From Perkinsela sp. CCAP 1560/9 (taxonomy: Eukaryota; Protista; Euglenozoa: Kinetoplastea), in contig CBFFSA010000015.1 of NCBI GenBank assembly GCA_965644495.1, forward strand, positions 124,001-188,000: 64,000 nt of DNA. The letters run 5' to 3'. The position numbers and the translations under genes were made by a program. The notes beneath the pieces were generated by a model, which searched no databases, was not told the DNA's origin, and saw only the letters and a program-made list of their open reading frames with translations. Each line of letters starts with the position of its first letter. Within the stretch, counting starts at the first letter, position 1. Positions 22,346 through 33,130 of this stretch are shown piece by piece.

Positions 22346-23344
22346 TTATGACTTACCCGGTTTTTTAGGGTCGTACGCCACGTTATGGATATGCTCCTTA
22401 AGCCAGTCTCTGCGGGCTTTTGTACACTCAACCATACCGCACCCTTTACTACACAAACACTCATCCTCATCACTTTTAGGTTTTAAACTTGAATATATCA
22501 TAGAATCAAAATCATACTGCGGCTTGTTAGCCAGCAGACCGTACGTTACTACAGATACAATTTGAAGGGCGTCTCGGACCCAAGGAATATCATGGTCAGT
22601 ACCATGAAAAAAACGAAACCTGTCAAAATGAGCAAAACATCGCTCAATTCGAGACCGAATCAATGAAATTCTTTGGTTAAGCTGCTTTTGCGATTTGGTC
22701 AGACCACGGCCAATTTTTTTATAGGGTACAAGGCAGTGTGCACAACCAATGTACCCTAAATCAGCCAAAAAAAGTTCATCCTTGTGGTGATCAAATACAG
22801 GAGTACGATGCACACTCGTACTTTGGTAAATTTTCGCATCGTGGATGCTACCAACAATGGGTCCCCGAAAAAAAATTGGAATCCCAGCCAACGTCAGCCA
22901 AAACTCTACCTTAAAGCAGTGCTGGCGATGCTTTCCAGAGTAGGTGCTGTCTCGGGAACAGAGTTCTCCCGATGTCTTGTCCCGTACTTCTTTTGGCTTT
23001 CGTGTACGACACGGAATTGTCGTGACGTCGAGCATGCAAGTAACATCAGGGAGCCAGGCGATTGCTTGAGTAAAACGAAGGTTGGGGTCCATGAGGTTGG
23101 GTGAGCGGCACAGCTGTGCGACACGAGCGAAATCTTGTCAGAGAGTCCGGATAGAAACTGAAGGGGTGTCTGACGGGAGCCAGGATCTCTGAACTTCGTA
23201 TAGCTGTTCCCATGTGCAGTTGAGAGCACAGATGCGTAAAGAAGACTGGACACGACGGTGATCAGTCTCTGTGACATCGGAGCCATGTACTCGCTTGAGC
23301 TCGTTATAGAACTCCCGTACCTGTACCGCCGAGATGCCAAACAT
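22346..23344 (-). pseudogene. DDE_Tnp_4 (HARBI1-like) transposase with one in-frame TGA at 23138-23140
   Basis: LDVTTIP, YSGKHRQHCFK, GSIHDAKIY, LADLGY, LVPYKK, N..IS..R..IERCF. The upstream ORF 23138-23395 is in the same frame. Confidence 0.8.
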
Positions 23345-23544
23345 ATTCAGAAAGAGTGAAATGAAGAAAAGAAAAATAAAGACACGAAAAAACAAATTTA
23401 TTATTGAATTTATTAAATATTCCTTAGAATTAAATTTATACTAGGTAAATTTATACTTCTAGAATCGGAAGAGATGAGAACTTAACTCAATGGACTTACT
23501 TCGCTTACTTAACACTTATCAACTTAACTTCATCACTTCACTTA

Positions 23545-24186
23545 TTAAAGACGTGGAAATGAGACAATTCGATCAGAGGTTTGAATGCTTTCCGCCCGGT
23601 AGTATGTGCCGGATGGAGTCTCGGAACGTCCTGGCGCTTCGACAGAACGCTCCTCCTGTGAACGGATGTTAGTGTTTTTCCGCTGGAGACGCCAGTTTGC
23701 ACAACAACGCGAGCGTTTTCCGGAAACAGAACGCCAAAGACTTTCCACAAAGTCAGCAACTTCGCTTGAACGCCGCGGAGCAAACAAAGGGTTTTGTTCA
23801 AGGAACGACCCAAGATCTTGACCTGCCTCCTCCACAAAGTAGATCGCGCGCGATCGAACATCTTGCAAAAGATGTCCACGGCGATCAATGATGTGGAGAA
23901 GTGCACGCTCTAGGAGCTTTGGCGTGACTTCGATTCCACACACAGTACGTCCTCCGTGCAAAAAAGAATCCATAGTTCGTTGTACACGATCCAAGATTTC
24001 TTCGATCTTAGCACCGAGCTCCTCCTCAGTGATTGTAAGCGCAGGAGGTGTGAACACAGACACTCGTTTCGTATAATTTCTCTTTGTTGAAGCCAGTACA
24101 GCCTTGTAGATGGCTTCTTCTGTTTCACTCGCCGAGGGACTCGAGATTCTTTCCATGAGCGCTTCGTTGCTATCTATTTGGGACAT
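23545..24186 (-). CDS. Accessory ORF2 of the Harbinger-like element
   Basis: 213-aa ATG-started ORF inside the TIRs and co-oriented with the transposase; no domain recognised. Confidence 0.5.
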   Translation of the reverse strand: MSQIDSNEALMERISSPSASETEEAIYKAVLASTKRNYTKRVSVFTPPALTITEEELGAKIEEILDRVQRTMDSFLHGGRTVCGIEVTPKLLERALLHIIDRRGHLLQDVRSRAIYFVEEAGQDLGSFLEQNPLFAPRRSSEVADFVESLWRSVSGKRSRCCANWRLQRKNTNIRSQEERSVEAPGRSETPSGTYYRAESIQTSDRIVSFPRL

Positions 24187-25134
24187 AATGTGTTTGAAAA
24201 AAATATGATAATTTAAGAAAATCAGAAAGATAAATAAGTTGAATCCAGTAGTTCGAAAAAAATCATTCGCAACACATTATACATGTATTATTGCACTTCC
24301 ACTCATACCCTAAACGCCTTGAAAAAATAAAAAATCAAGTATTTATTCTGCAAGCTACTATCCACCGAGGCCTCGGAGGGTCAAATGTAAACCGCGGTTT
24401 CGCGCGGCTTCGGCACGGTTTCGCACGGCACCACCCGCAGCCCCTCAAATAATGTAGTGTCATTTAAATATTATAGCGTTATTAAATAATATACTGTTGC
24501 CCGGGTTAAACGATTTTGTCGACTGACTTTTTCGGAGATTGTGGACTTTTATGTCGGAGGCGGGGGTATATTAAACCAGAGTGGACACCATAATATACTC
24601 CCACGGGTATAGTACGAGGGTGTACACACTGTAGATATGGTAAACTGGACGGTGGTTTAAGGGTAAATTGCAAGCAAATGGGAAAATGATTCTCCAGCAC
24701 CTTTGTATCAACCCTACTACCACTACGTTTTGCTCGTGTGAACCCAAAGCTTAAACTTCTTACGAAAATTTCGAAGCAAACCCATATCTAGCGGAGGCCT
24801 CTTCCTATTTCTCGGCACCGTTTCCCCCCTCCTTTCCCCCTTTTCCTCACCCCCCCCCCCTGTATCTTGGGAACCTCTTCCAAAAGCTGTCGCTCCCTCG
24901 GAATCACCACCGCATAGTGCAGATACAAATGCCCCTGCTTCACCCCCCTCGCACCACCACACTCACAAACAAATAGTGCGCTACTGTGTTCAGGAATGCT
25001 TATTTCAGAAGCGCCGCTGCACGCATTTCTAGAAATCCCTTGCTGCAGAATTAAAGACAAAGATTAACCGATGATCTAGAGAGCATTTATCAGTAATGTA
25101 CGCTTCTGTCGGCATGTACCATTTTCGAATGCCT

Positions 25135-25929
25135 TTAAAATTCCTCCCCGTTGGATTCCTGCCACGTTCCTTTTTCCCTCCGCGGCCCAAACACACGCCT
25201 TTCCTCCGCACCCTCCTCCCTCTCCCTAAGCCCCTCCTCCGCACTCCTCCTCACACTCTCCATTTCCCTCATCTCCTGCGCAAGAAACAAAAACACCCCC
25301 GGGTTCTTCCGCACACACCTCTCCACAAACCCCACCTCCCTTCCCAACCTCTCCCCCACAAACCGCCACATGGCGGGATCCCCCCCCACCGCCCTCTCCA
25401 CCACCTCCGCATCCTCCCGCAGCTCCTGCGCCACATAGGGCAGCACCGCCGCGTGCCCCCGCCCCACCAGCGCGAGCACAAACCCCCTGTCCGCCCGTAG
25501 CCCCCCCGAGGCGTGCTGGAACGCGCACGGGCGGGCGCCCACCGCCGCGGCCACGACGCTGCGGTGGGCCCGGAGCCGCCGCGAGACGTGCCGCAGCGCC
25601 ATGCCGTCGCGGCGGACGGCAGCGAGGGCGAGGGCGTCGTCGTCGCGGAGGGGCTCGGGGGCGTACCGCAGCGCGTGGCCGTGCTGGGCGACGGCGTAGC
25701 GCACGACGGGGGGGGAGGCGCGGAGGGGGGCGGGGAGCTCGCGGAGACGCCACCCGGCGCCGTGGAGGGCGGCGCGGAGCTGGGTGGCGTTGGGGGGGTC
25801 GTGGAGGGGGTGGGTGGTGGTGGCGTGGTGGAGGAGGGAGGCGGGGTCGAGGGCGGGGGTGGGGGGAGGGGGGAGGAGGAGGAGGAGGAGGAGGGAGGGG
25901 GGTGGGTGGGGAGTCGGTGGGTGGGACAT
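25135..25929 (-). CDS. DUF4116-repeat protein
   Basis: Repeats of V..AV..(H/D)G.AL.(Y/H)A...LR.D..(V/F)V. Confidence 0.75.
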   Translation of the reverse strand: MSHPPTPHPPPSLLLLLLLPPPPTPALDPASLLHHATTTHPLHDPPNATQLRAALHGAGWRLRELPAPLRASPPVVRYAVAQHGHALRYAPEPLRDDDALALAAVRRDGMALRHVSRRLRAHRSVVAAAVGARPCAFQHASGGLRADRGFVLALVGRGHAAVLPYVAQELREDAEVVERAVGGDPAMWRFVGERLGREVGFVERCVRKNPGVFLFLAQEMREMESVRRSAEEGLREREEGAEERRVFGPRREKGTWQESNGEEF

Positions 25930-26021
25930 GGAAAGGGGTGAGGGGGGTTGTGAGAAAAAGGGGATTATGGTAAAATGTGAGAGTGTGGGAGGAAGTTATT
26001 TCACTAAAAAGAGTAAGAAAA

Positions 26022-26340
26022 GGTCCGGTTTAGCGTACCCCGGTATGGTAATTTGTTTGGATAAAATGTTAAAAAAGTGATTACCAGCAAAAATTACCAG
26101 TAAGGGTTAATAATAGCACCAATAGAAATCATAGAAAAGAAAGAAAGCGTTAAATAGTAAAGAAAACAAATGGATAATGCTCTATAGAGTTGTGATCTAC
26201 GTGATGTACGTGGGCCACCTCGAACAAGAAGTCGACATCACACCTTCTCTGCCTGAAAAACCAGGGGGGGGGGTATGCTATCGACCTTGGGTCACGATAC
26301 CATACCCCCCCGGTAGGTCACAGGTATGCTAAACCGGACC
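26022..26340. mobile_element. Putative MITE
   Basis: GGTCCGGTTTAGCGTACC / GGTATGCTAAACCGGACC inverted ends; no clear TSD. Confidence 0.5.
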
Positions 26341-26834
26341 CCCATTTAGCTCTTATGGATGTAGTCAGTCAGTATCAGCCAGTGATAACCCATGTCAGTT
26401 CGTGTGAGCTAGAGTTGCAAAACACTGGCTAACGGGGCTTCCGCGTTTTTTTGAAAAGTAATTTTTTCGAAAGAAAAATGCTCGCCCATGGATCTCCAAT
26501 TTAGTCATTTTTTTTCGATTTTGGACCACCGAGACCCCTTCATGTGGGATCATGCGACACAAAATCATTTCCCAGAATGCGAATAAAAGAGTGCAAATAA
26601 AAGAATACAAATAAAGAGTACGAATAAAAATCTTGTCGACAAATATTTGAATCCCATGAGAAACTTCTTCAAGAAGTTCATAGGTGAGGTTAGTGTTCAC
26701 AGTGCTCAATCGAGATCGCACAGCCTCCGGGAGCAAGCTTATTTTTACCACACCAGAAAGCTCAACATTGTTACTCAAATCAAGGCTGAAAAGTAGAGGA
26801 AGGCACGTCAGGTCTTCGAATTATTGTCTTCGAG

Positions 26835-27450
26835 GTTATGATCATACGCTCGTGGCGCAGAGATACGTCTCTCTGTGTGACGGCCGATACCATCAGCGCA
26901 TGACCCGCATACGACGGGTGTCACACAGAGAGTGGAGTGCGAGGTAGGAGACGAGTCGCCCATCGGTCATGCTACAGCACGTATAGCCATGGTTCATGCT
27001 GCAACACGGTCAAGCCGTGGGTTCATGCTGTCAGATGGTCTATCGTGGATCATGATGCATCATGGGGAGGTCCGTTACCGCCGCACTCGCTACAGCATGT
27101 AGGGAGAGAGGGGTGCAAGTTCGCATCCCCTATACACGCATACAACGTGTCCTCCCGCTGTAGCACGCCCAGTGGTCCTCAAAGGAGGCCACCATGGCGC
27201 ATAGCTCCCGGGAGAAGAAAGCACGAGAAGTAGAGAGCCGGGGAGGGAAGAAAGCTCACTCGAAGAGAGCGAGCCGGGGAGGGGTGAAGAGTGCGAAGTG
27301 CGTCCCCTACTTCCGCGACAAAGAGGGACAGTTCCAGCTAGCCGTCAGCCGGAAACGGGCATTTAAAAGTAAGAATATGCCCGTTTCCGGGAAAAGAAAG
27401 GAAGGGCTAGCAAAATGTACCAACAAGGTACAGAAACTGTATCTTTATTA
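26835..27450 (-). mobile_element. SL-RNA-headed structured non-coding element, copy B (apparently full length, 616 bp)
   Basis: On the minus strand it begins exactly where the LRR frame stops (CAA CTG|TAATAAAGATACAGTTTCTGTACCTTGTTG|GTAC) and ends GTATGATCATAAC where the LRR frame resumes. Confidence 0.8.
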
Positions 27451-27577
27451 CAGTTGCAGCAAATTCCTTGGAAGCAGCGTTAAATCTAAAGCTCCTACCA
27501 AAAAATTACGTCCGACTGAAAGACATTCCATTGATAAAGGAAGAAGCGTCAGACAAATATTCCCTGTGAATCTATTA

Positions 27578-28493
27578 AACCACCGTCCGGGTTATTATAC
27601 CTAGGAGGTATAATAAGTGTCCCTAGGTATAATAAGTGTCCCTAGGTATAATAACTTTGCTTTGCAAAAAGGATAAAAAAAATTTCGCGCCGCTTCGCGG
27701 CGCGTTCTTCTTCACATTGCCCACAACAAGTTATGATCCATTTGTAAGTTTCCCTCGCGCGCCTGGGGAAACGTGTGCGAGTGGGGGGGTAAGATTGTTT
27801 TCTGGGGGGTCAGGGGTAAAAGAATATGAAATGCCACGAATACATGTATTTTCGTGGTTACTATACCCCAACTGATCAAAATTCTTGACAATGGATGTAA
27901 TGCAAACAGATAGTGGCAGACGGTGACAGATGGTGGCAGACAAAACCATACACTTCTGCAGTACATCCAATGTCAATCTGATTTCTTGGTAATTTTCCCT
28001 CATCAAACGCAACATTAAAATTTACGCGCAGTGAGTGGAAAAGATTGCTGCGACAACAAAGAGCATGCACCAGCATGCTTTTACGTGTCCAGGAGATGAA
28101 TTAACCCTTTCGGAGTGTATATGTTTGGGCGATCGTCCGTAATCCCGTCTTTGTGGCATAAATCAGGGGGGGGATCAGAAAAATTGTAAAAAATGCAAGA
28201 TTTTGTCTACCAAAAAACAATGTGATCTATGTGCATTCGAAAATCCAAACGCAGATTACGTGCCTGCACGTTCATGAGCCCTGTTCGAGTGCTCTCGAAT
28301 GCGCTATAACTTTCCAAAATGGGCCAAGTTTTACAAATTTTAGTCCCCTCCCACATCAAAGTTTACTGTCCTGTAAGTTCTGCACCCGCCTCTGAAGGTA
28401 GGGGGCGGGAGGTATAATAAGGACCCTAGGGACACTTATTATACCTAGGAGGTACAATAGGTGTCCCTAGGTATAATAACCCGGACGGTGGTT
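27578..28493. mobile_element. Non-autonomous TIR element with TA duplication
   Basis: Perfect 28-bp TIR AACCACCGTCCGGGTTATTATACCTAGG, subterminal ccctaggtataataa repeats, TA on both sides. Confidence 0.9.
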
Positions 28494-29213
28494 TATTATT
28501 TAAGTGCAATGTAGTGATTAAATTTGGAAGAGAAGTCAAATCCAATCCCTCACTAAACATATTCAAAGAAAGATTCAATATTTCAAGCTTCGGAGGAAGC
28601 CTGTCCAGTGGTGCTTCATTTATTAATACATTTTCCTCAACGTTGAGAATCTCAAGTGTTTGAGGAAGGTGCAAAAAGTTTAGAGAACCACACATTTCGT
28701 ATTGCTCCCAGTGAATTTCGAGAAATTTTGCCTAGTTCGTTGCAAAACACGCCGATCCATTCACAAGCAGGAGTGTTCGTGTTCCAAGATGGAAAGTAAG
28801 CCTTGGTTACATCCTTAACAAAATTTTCAAGCTCGTATTCTTGTGGCACAATGGCGCAACTGACCTTTGCAGTTTGTAAAGAAGGATTTATTTCAGAAGC
28901 CTCCACCAGAAAAGATACATGTACGTTCATTTGCAGAACTTAGAAAATCTAGAATTAAACCATTTAGTAAACAAATTGATTTTCAGTGTTTGCAGGAAAG
29001 GTAAACCACAAACCTACATGAAAAAACACCAACTTCGAATTTCATTGACACTTGTTCTATAAAAAAGAAGTCAAGTAAAGTAGCAAAAAAAGAACACTGC
29101 AAGCAAGAAGTGAGCATATTCATGGCAAGATTTATGTAGCAACAATGTTTAAAAACCTAAAAAAATATTGTATTCCACAAGCTTAAGTGCGCTATTCACA
29201 ATGAATTGTACTA

Positions 29214-30551
29214 CTAGCTGTATGAATCCTCTGTTTTTAGATCCATCAATCGTTTGGTAGCCTTTAGAAGTGACTCATAATCGACATCTAATTCAGATTT
29301 TGAACTGGATTGTGTCGATGTATCTTCGGTACTTAAGTCATTTAAATCAGAAACGAAGGTTCGGTGCATAGAATGTGTCGTGCACCTCTCGATCCAGTAT
29401 TGCCGCCTCTGTTCCGACATAGCCTCCCACTCTGCTCGATCCAACGAAGAATGTGGTGTACATTCCGCGTTTGCTGCGTATTCGCCCTTTCGACACTTAT
29501 TCGATGTAAGCGAGAGATCAGTTGTGACACAATCCTTTCTGTAATATTTCATGAACACTTGTACGGCTTGAAAAAGAGTTTCATCGTCCGTTGTGTTCCC
29601 CTGAACAGAGTCTCTGGTTTCAAAATATTTACGTGAGATCGAATCCATGCGCAACCACATGTCCCGAATACGTTCCAGCGTGGCGTTCAAATCCTTTATT
29701 GAGCTTCCTGAGTGACTTCCGTCGCTAATACTTGCGTGCAATTCCTGCATAAGAAACACAAGATAAGGTGTGAACTTCCGTGAAGAGGACTGGTGCTCGT
29801 TTGCGGTAGTGGCTAAAGGAGCTGTATAATATTTTCCGCTATTCTCATCATGTGTATGCAAAGAATACTCTTCAGAAATGTCAAATGAAGGCGCTTCTCT
29901 CGAATTTTGTTGCTGTACCGATTCTTTTGATGCAACGTACCGAATGGCGTGCTCCTTAAGAGATTTACGACGTGCAAGAGCCTCCTCTATGTTTCGTCCA
30001 AGAAGCTCTTCCCTGGGCAGAATAAAAAGTTCAAGTTTTCGTTGCTCACGGCGAGCAACTATCTCATCCTTCCAAAGCAATTTCGACCAGTTATCTTTAT
30101 GCCGATGCCCTTGTATTTGACGAACTTGTTTATGCATCTTTTTCCCTGTGTTGCTTCCCTTTTTTACCAATGGTATTCTAGGAAATATCTCATGCGTTTT
30201 CCCCTTTGAGTCTTCAGATGAGGTCATGAGAGAAGTCCCAAATTTCGATTGTACCGGGTGCTCCTTCGCAGAGTTCAAGATTGTTTCCTTTCTTGCATAA
30301 GCCCGTGCGGGACGAGAAAAAAATGATTCCTGTGCCTTAACACTGAGTGAAAAGTAAAGTTGGCATAATCTAGCTCTGTGTTGAAGTTGTGATTCGTCTG
30401 GATTTCGTCGAAGAAGGGGATTCTGTTTTCTGACAGAAGTAGCCACGACGTTGCTGTAGAAACGAGTGAAGGATGTATTTACTAGGCATTCAGAGGCAAC
30501 ATTTCCAAGAGCGTGGGCACAACAACGCATGATCTTAGTACCAAACATCAT
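29214..30551 (-). CDS. Hypothetical, probably mitochondrial protein with an HMG-box-like segment
   Basis: 445-aa ORF with presequence-like N-terminus; RKFTPYLVFLMQE...IRDMWLRMDSISRKYFE resembles an HMG box. Confidence 0.5.
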   Translation of the reverse strand: MMFGTKIMRCCAHALGNVASECLVNTSFTRFYSNVVATSVRKQNPLLRRNPDESQLQHRARLCQLYFSLSVKAQESFFSRPARAYARKETILNSAKEHPVQSKFGTSLMTSSEDSKGKTHEIFPRIPLVKKGSNTGKKMHKQVRQIQGHRHKDNWSKLLWKDEIVARREQRKLELFILPREELLGRNIEEALARRKSLKEHAIRYVASKESVQQQNSREAPSFDISEEYSLHTHDENSGKYYTAPLATTANEHQSSSRKFTPYLVFLMQELHASISDGSHSGSSIKDLNATLERIRDMWLRMDSISRKYFETRDSVQGNTTDDETLFQAVQVFMKYYRKDCVTTDLSLTSNKCRKGEYAANAECTPHSSLDRAEWEAMSEQRRQYWIERCTTHSMHRTFVSDLNDLSTEDTSTQSSSKSELDVDYESLLKATKRLMDLKTEDSYS

Positions 30552-30687
30552 GTAAAGCCATACAGTGTGTAAGATATACGAATGTACGGATAACTATTCC
30601 TGCGAAAAAAATTTAATAAAAAATGACGAAAAAAAGAAGGAAGCGGAACTCCCATAATACAATGTAGAAAATACTAAAAAAATAAAG

Positions 30688-31635
30688 TTATTTTTCCTTT
30701 GAGCTGCGGGCTGCCTTTTTATATTGCTTTTCTGTCATTCGTTCGACCGACGACTCAATGCACTGAGGCGACAATTTGCGTCGAGAAAGTACAGTTGTGA
30801 ACTTATTTCCAGTGAGACGAAGGGACGAAGTTTCTCCGTAGTATTTGAGAGAAGCTGGCAACTGACTTAAATTGACAACGCCGTCGAGCTGGTTGTCCTG
30901 AAGTTCCAGCGATTCTAACGCGCTTGGAAGCTGAGTAAGATCAACAATCCCTGTAAAAAAGTTTGCTTCCATTAACAATGCGTTTAAAGAAGAGGGGAGA
31001 TTGGTAAGAATGAGTTCCCCATTGAACAGATTTTCTTCCAACCGCAACAATTGGAGTGATTCAGGCATGTGCATAAGGTCTACTGATCCCGAAAAATCGT
31101 TCTTTGAGATGATCAATTCGCTTAATTGTGGGGGAAGTTGGGTAAGATCAGCAGGACCATCAAAATCATTCAAATAAATCCATAGATAAATCATTTCTTT
31201 CGGCAAACCTGTAAAGTCGAAATGACCATAATGCCCTTGGCATGAAAGATTTAGAAACTCCAGAGGAGAATTCAAATCTGAGGTAGCTAGAGGACCACGT
31301 AGAGAAATAACTTCACGCATGAGTTCGTTGACTGAAATGTCCGCGCGCACGACAGAGGAGGGAAGAAAAGACCATGTTAGGTTACCCTTTGAAGGCGTAT
31401 TGCGCCACTCGAGTTCGACAACCCTTTGCTCTGCATTACATTTCACTCCTCTCCACCGACACACGGAAGTACGATTCCACGAGGGGGGTTTATGCTCAAC
31501 GTGTTCAACAAATTTCGTCATGCGCTCCACTTCAGAGATTAAAGTTATATCCTGACGAATCCGAGCACCGTATTTGCGCCGTTTTTGTGGAGGCTCGTCC
31601 GCCGAGAAGAGAGAACGGAAAAATTGAGCAACCAT
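30688..31635 (-). CDS. Leucine-rich repeat protein (expanded family)
   Basis: SWN....C.W.GV.C cap and 22-aa repeats; first ATG (MVAQFF) at 31635. Confidence 0.85.
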   Translation of the reverse strand: MVAQFFRSLFSADEPPQKRRKYGARIRQDITLISEVERMTKFVEHVEHKPPSWNRTSVCRWRGVKCNAEQRVVELEWRNTPSKGNLTWSFLPSSVVRADISVNELMREVISLRGPLATSDLNSPLEFLNLSCQGHYGHFDFTGLPKEMIYLWIYLNDFDGPADLTQLPPQLSELIISKNDFSGSVDLMHMPESLQLLRLEENLFNGELILTNLPSSLNALLMEANFFTGIVDLTQLPSALESLELQDNQLDGVVNLSQLPASLKYYGETSSLRLTGNKFTTVLSRRKLSPQCIESSVERMTEKQYKKAARSSKEK

Positions 31636-31709
31636 AAATAGAAGTATGGGACAACAAAGAATATCGACATCGAGTACATCGGAAGATTGCCAATAAATAT
31701 AAGGACCTA

Positions 31710-32003
31710 CTATACACCCCCTGCTTATGAGTTCCCCGGTTTTGAGAAAAAGGAAAATTCGGGCTCGCACCGCGAAGCGCCGCGGGTTCTACTTGACAAT
31801 GATACTAGCGTTATAAAGATTATCCGCTGAATGAGCGAGTTTGTAGAGCAGCCTGACGTACGGCTGTTGAGATTTTTATGAATTTTTGTTCAGTGCAAAA
31901 AAAATCACTTCGCGAAAAGTGGGTACAAAAACATTCGCCTTAGAAAAAGGAACTCATAAGCGTACCAGAATTGGGGCAACTCATAAGCAGGGGGGGGGTA
32001 TAG
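31710..32003. mobile_element. MITE with TA duplication
   Basis: CTATACACCCCCTGCTTATGAGTTCCCC / GGGGCAACTCATAAGCAGGGGGGGGGTATAG, flanked by TA. Confidence 0.85.
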
Positions 32004-32449
32004 TATTTTTTTACGACACGTAAAAAGGCGCCGAAGTTTCTAATAAATGAATAACAGCATCATTGGCCTTGTCCTCACGCTACGAAAGGTGCACTTGAAC
32101 GAAGTTTCTAAACAAATTTACAAAATTTAGTTCGTACCAGCCATAAAGCACGCAACTAAGGTGCACCGCAAAATTGCGAACATATTAAAATTGAGCCCTC
32201 TTTCTTTTCCTAACCATTTAGAAATATAATAAGTACTGTTGATCAATTTACCTCCCAAATAAAGAGGCACAACTTTTCGAAGCGTCACAACGGCGAAAAA
32301 CGGACTTGGTCTAATTTTTAATTTCAAGGATAAATGCATGTAATTTATTGTCTAGATTCTTTCAACATGTACCCAATCTACCGCACATGCATCTTTTATT
32401 CTTATTATCCCCTTCGCAAAAAAAACTCTTTTTACACAACCCCCCACAT

Positions 32450-33130
32450 TTACGGCGTCTTTATCGTCTCCTCCCCAGGCTTCCAGTTACACGGCATCAC
32501 CTCCCCCTTATGCTCATCCGCGTACTGCACCGCCTGCAACAGCCTCAGCGTCTCCTCCACACTCCGTCCAATCGGCAAATCATTCACTGTACTCTGTCGC
32601 AGTACCCCCGACTTGTCAATAATAAACTGCCCCCGCAACGCCACCCCCTCCTCCTCGACCAGCACCCCGTAATCCTTTGCAATCTCCTTCGTCAGGTCAC
32701 TGAGCAGCGGGAGTTTCATCTCCGGTCCCAGACCCCCGGCCTCCCGGGGCTGCGCACACCAGGCCTGGTGGCTGTACACGCTGTCCACGGAGATCGCGAG
32801 CACCGTGGTGTTGCGGCTCGTGAACTCCTCGAGACGGTCGTTGTACGCGAGCAGCTCGGTGGGGCACACAAAGGTGAAGTCGAGGGGGTAGAACAGCAGC
32901 ACGACGTACCGCCCCCGGAGCTCGGTGAGGGCGATGGGCTTGGGGGAGAGGGCACCGTTGACCACCGCCTTTGCGGTGAACAGGGGGGCCTCTTTGCGTA
33001 CGGTGGCGATTTGGAAGGTTTCGTAGTCCGCGTAGCAACGGGGGAAAGGGGTGCGGGAGAGGAGACGTCGGGTGGTGGTGGTGAGGGAGAGGAGAGCACG
33101 GTGAAGGGGGGGAGAGGAAAAGGCACGCAT
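32450..33130 (-). CDS. mTXNPx: Typical 2-Cys peroxiredoxin, mitochondrial tryparedoxin peroxidase type
   Basis: FYPLDFTFVCPTE peroxidatic motif. The resolving motif GEVMPCNW resembles the IPC of kinetoplastid mitochondrial enzymes rather than VCP. Arg-rich presequence. Confidence 0.9.
   Translation of the reverse strand: MRAFSSPPLHRALLSLTTTTRRLLSRTPFPRCYADYETFQIATVRKEAPLFTAKAVVNGALSPKPIALTELRGRYVVLLFYPLDFTFVCPTELLAYNDRLEEFTSRNTTVLAISVDSVYSHQAWCAQPREAGGLGPEMKLPLLSDLTKEIAKDYGVLVEEEGVALRGQFIIDKSGVLRQSTVNDLPIGRSVEETLRLLQAVQYADEHKGEVMPCNWKPGEETIKTP

Larger units (their letters stand above)
21990..24446 (-). mobile_element. PIF/Harbinger (IS5/ISL2EU-related) two-ORF DNA transposon
   Basis: 15-bp TIR GAGGGGCTGCGGGTG / CACCCGCAGCCCCTC, subterminal CGGTTTCG repeats at both ends, AAAT on both flanks, DDE_Tnp_4-type ORF plus a second ORF. 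Confidence 0.85.
26640..28930 (-). pseudogene. LRR-family gene disrupted by two insertions and frameshifts
   Basis: PQEYELENF..SWNTNTPACEWIGVFC cap. LRR frame pieces at 28496-28930, 27451-27577 and ~26640-26834. Removing 27578-28493 restores HLNNNRFTGNI. Confidence 0.8.
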
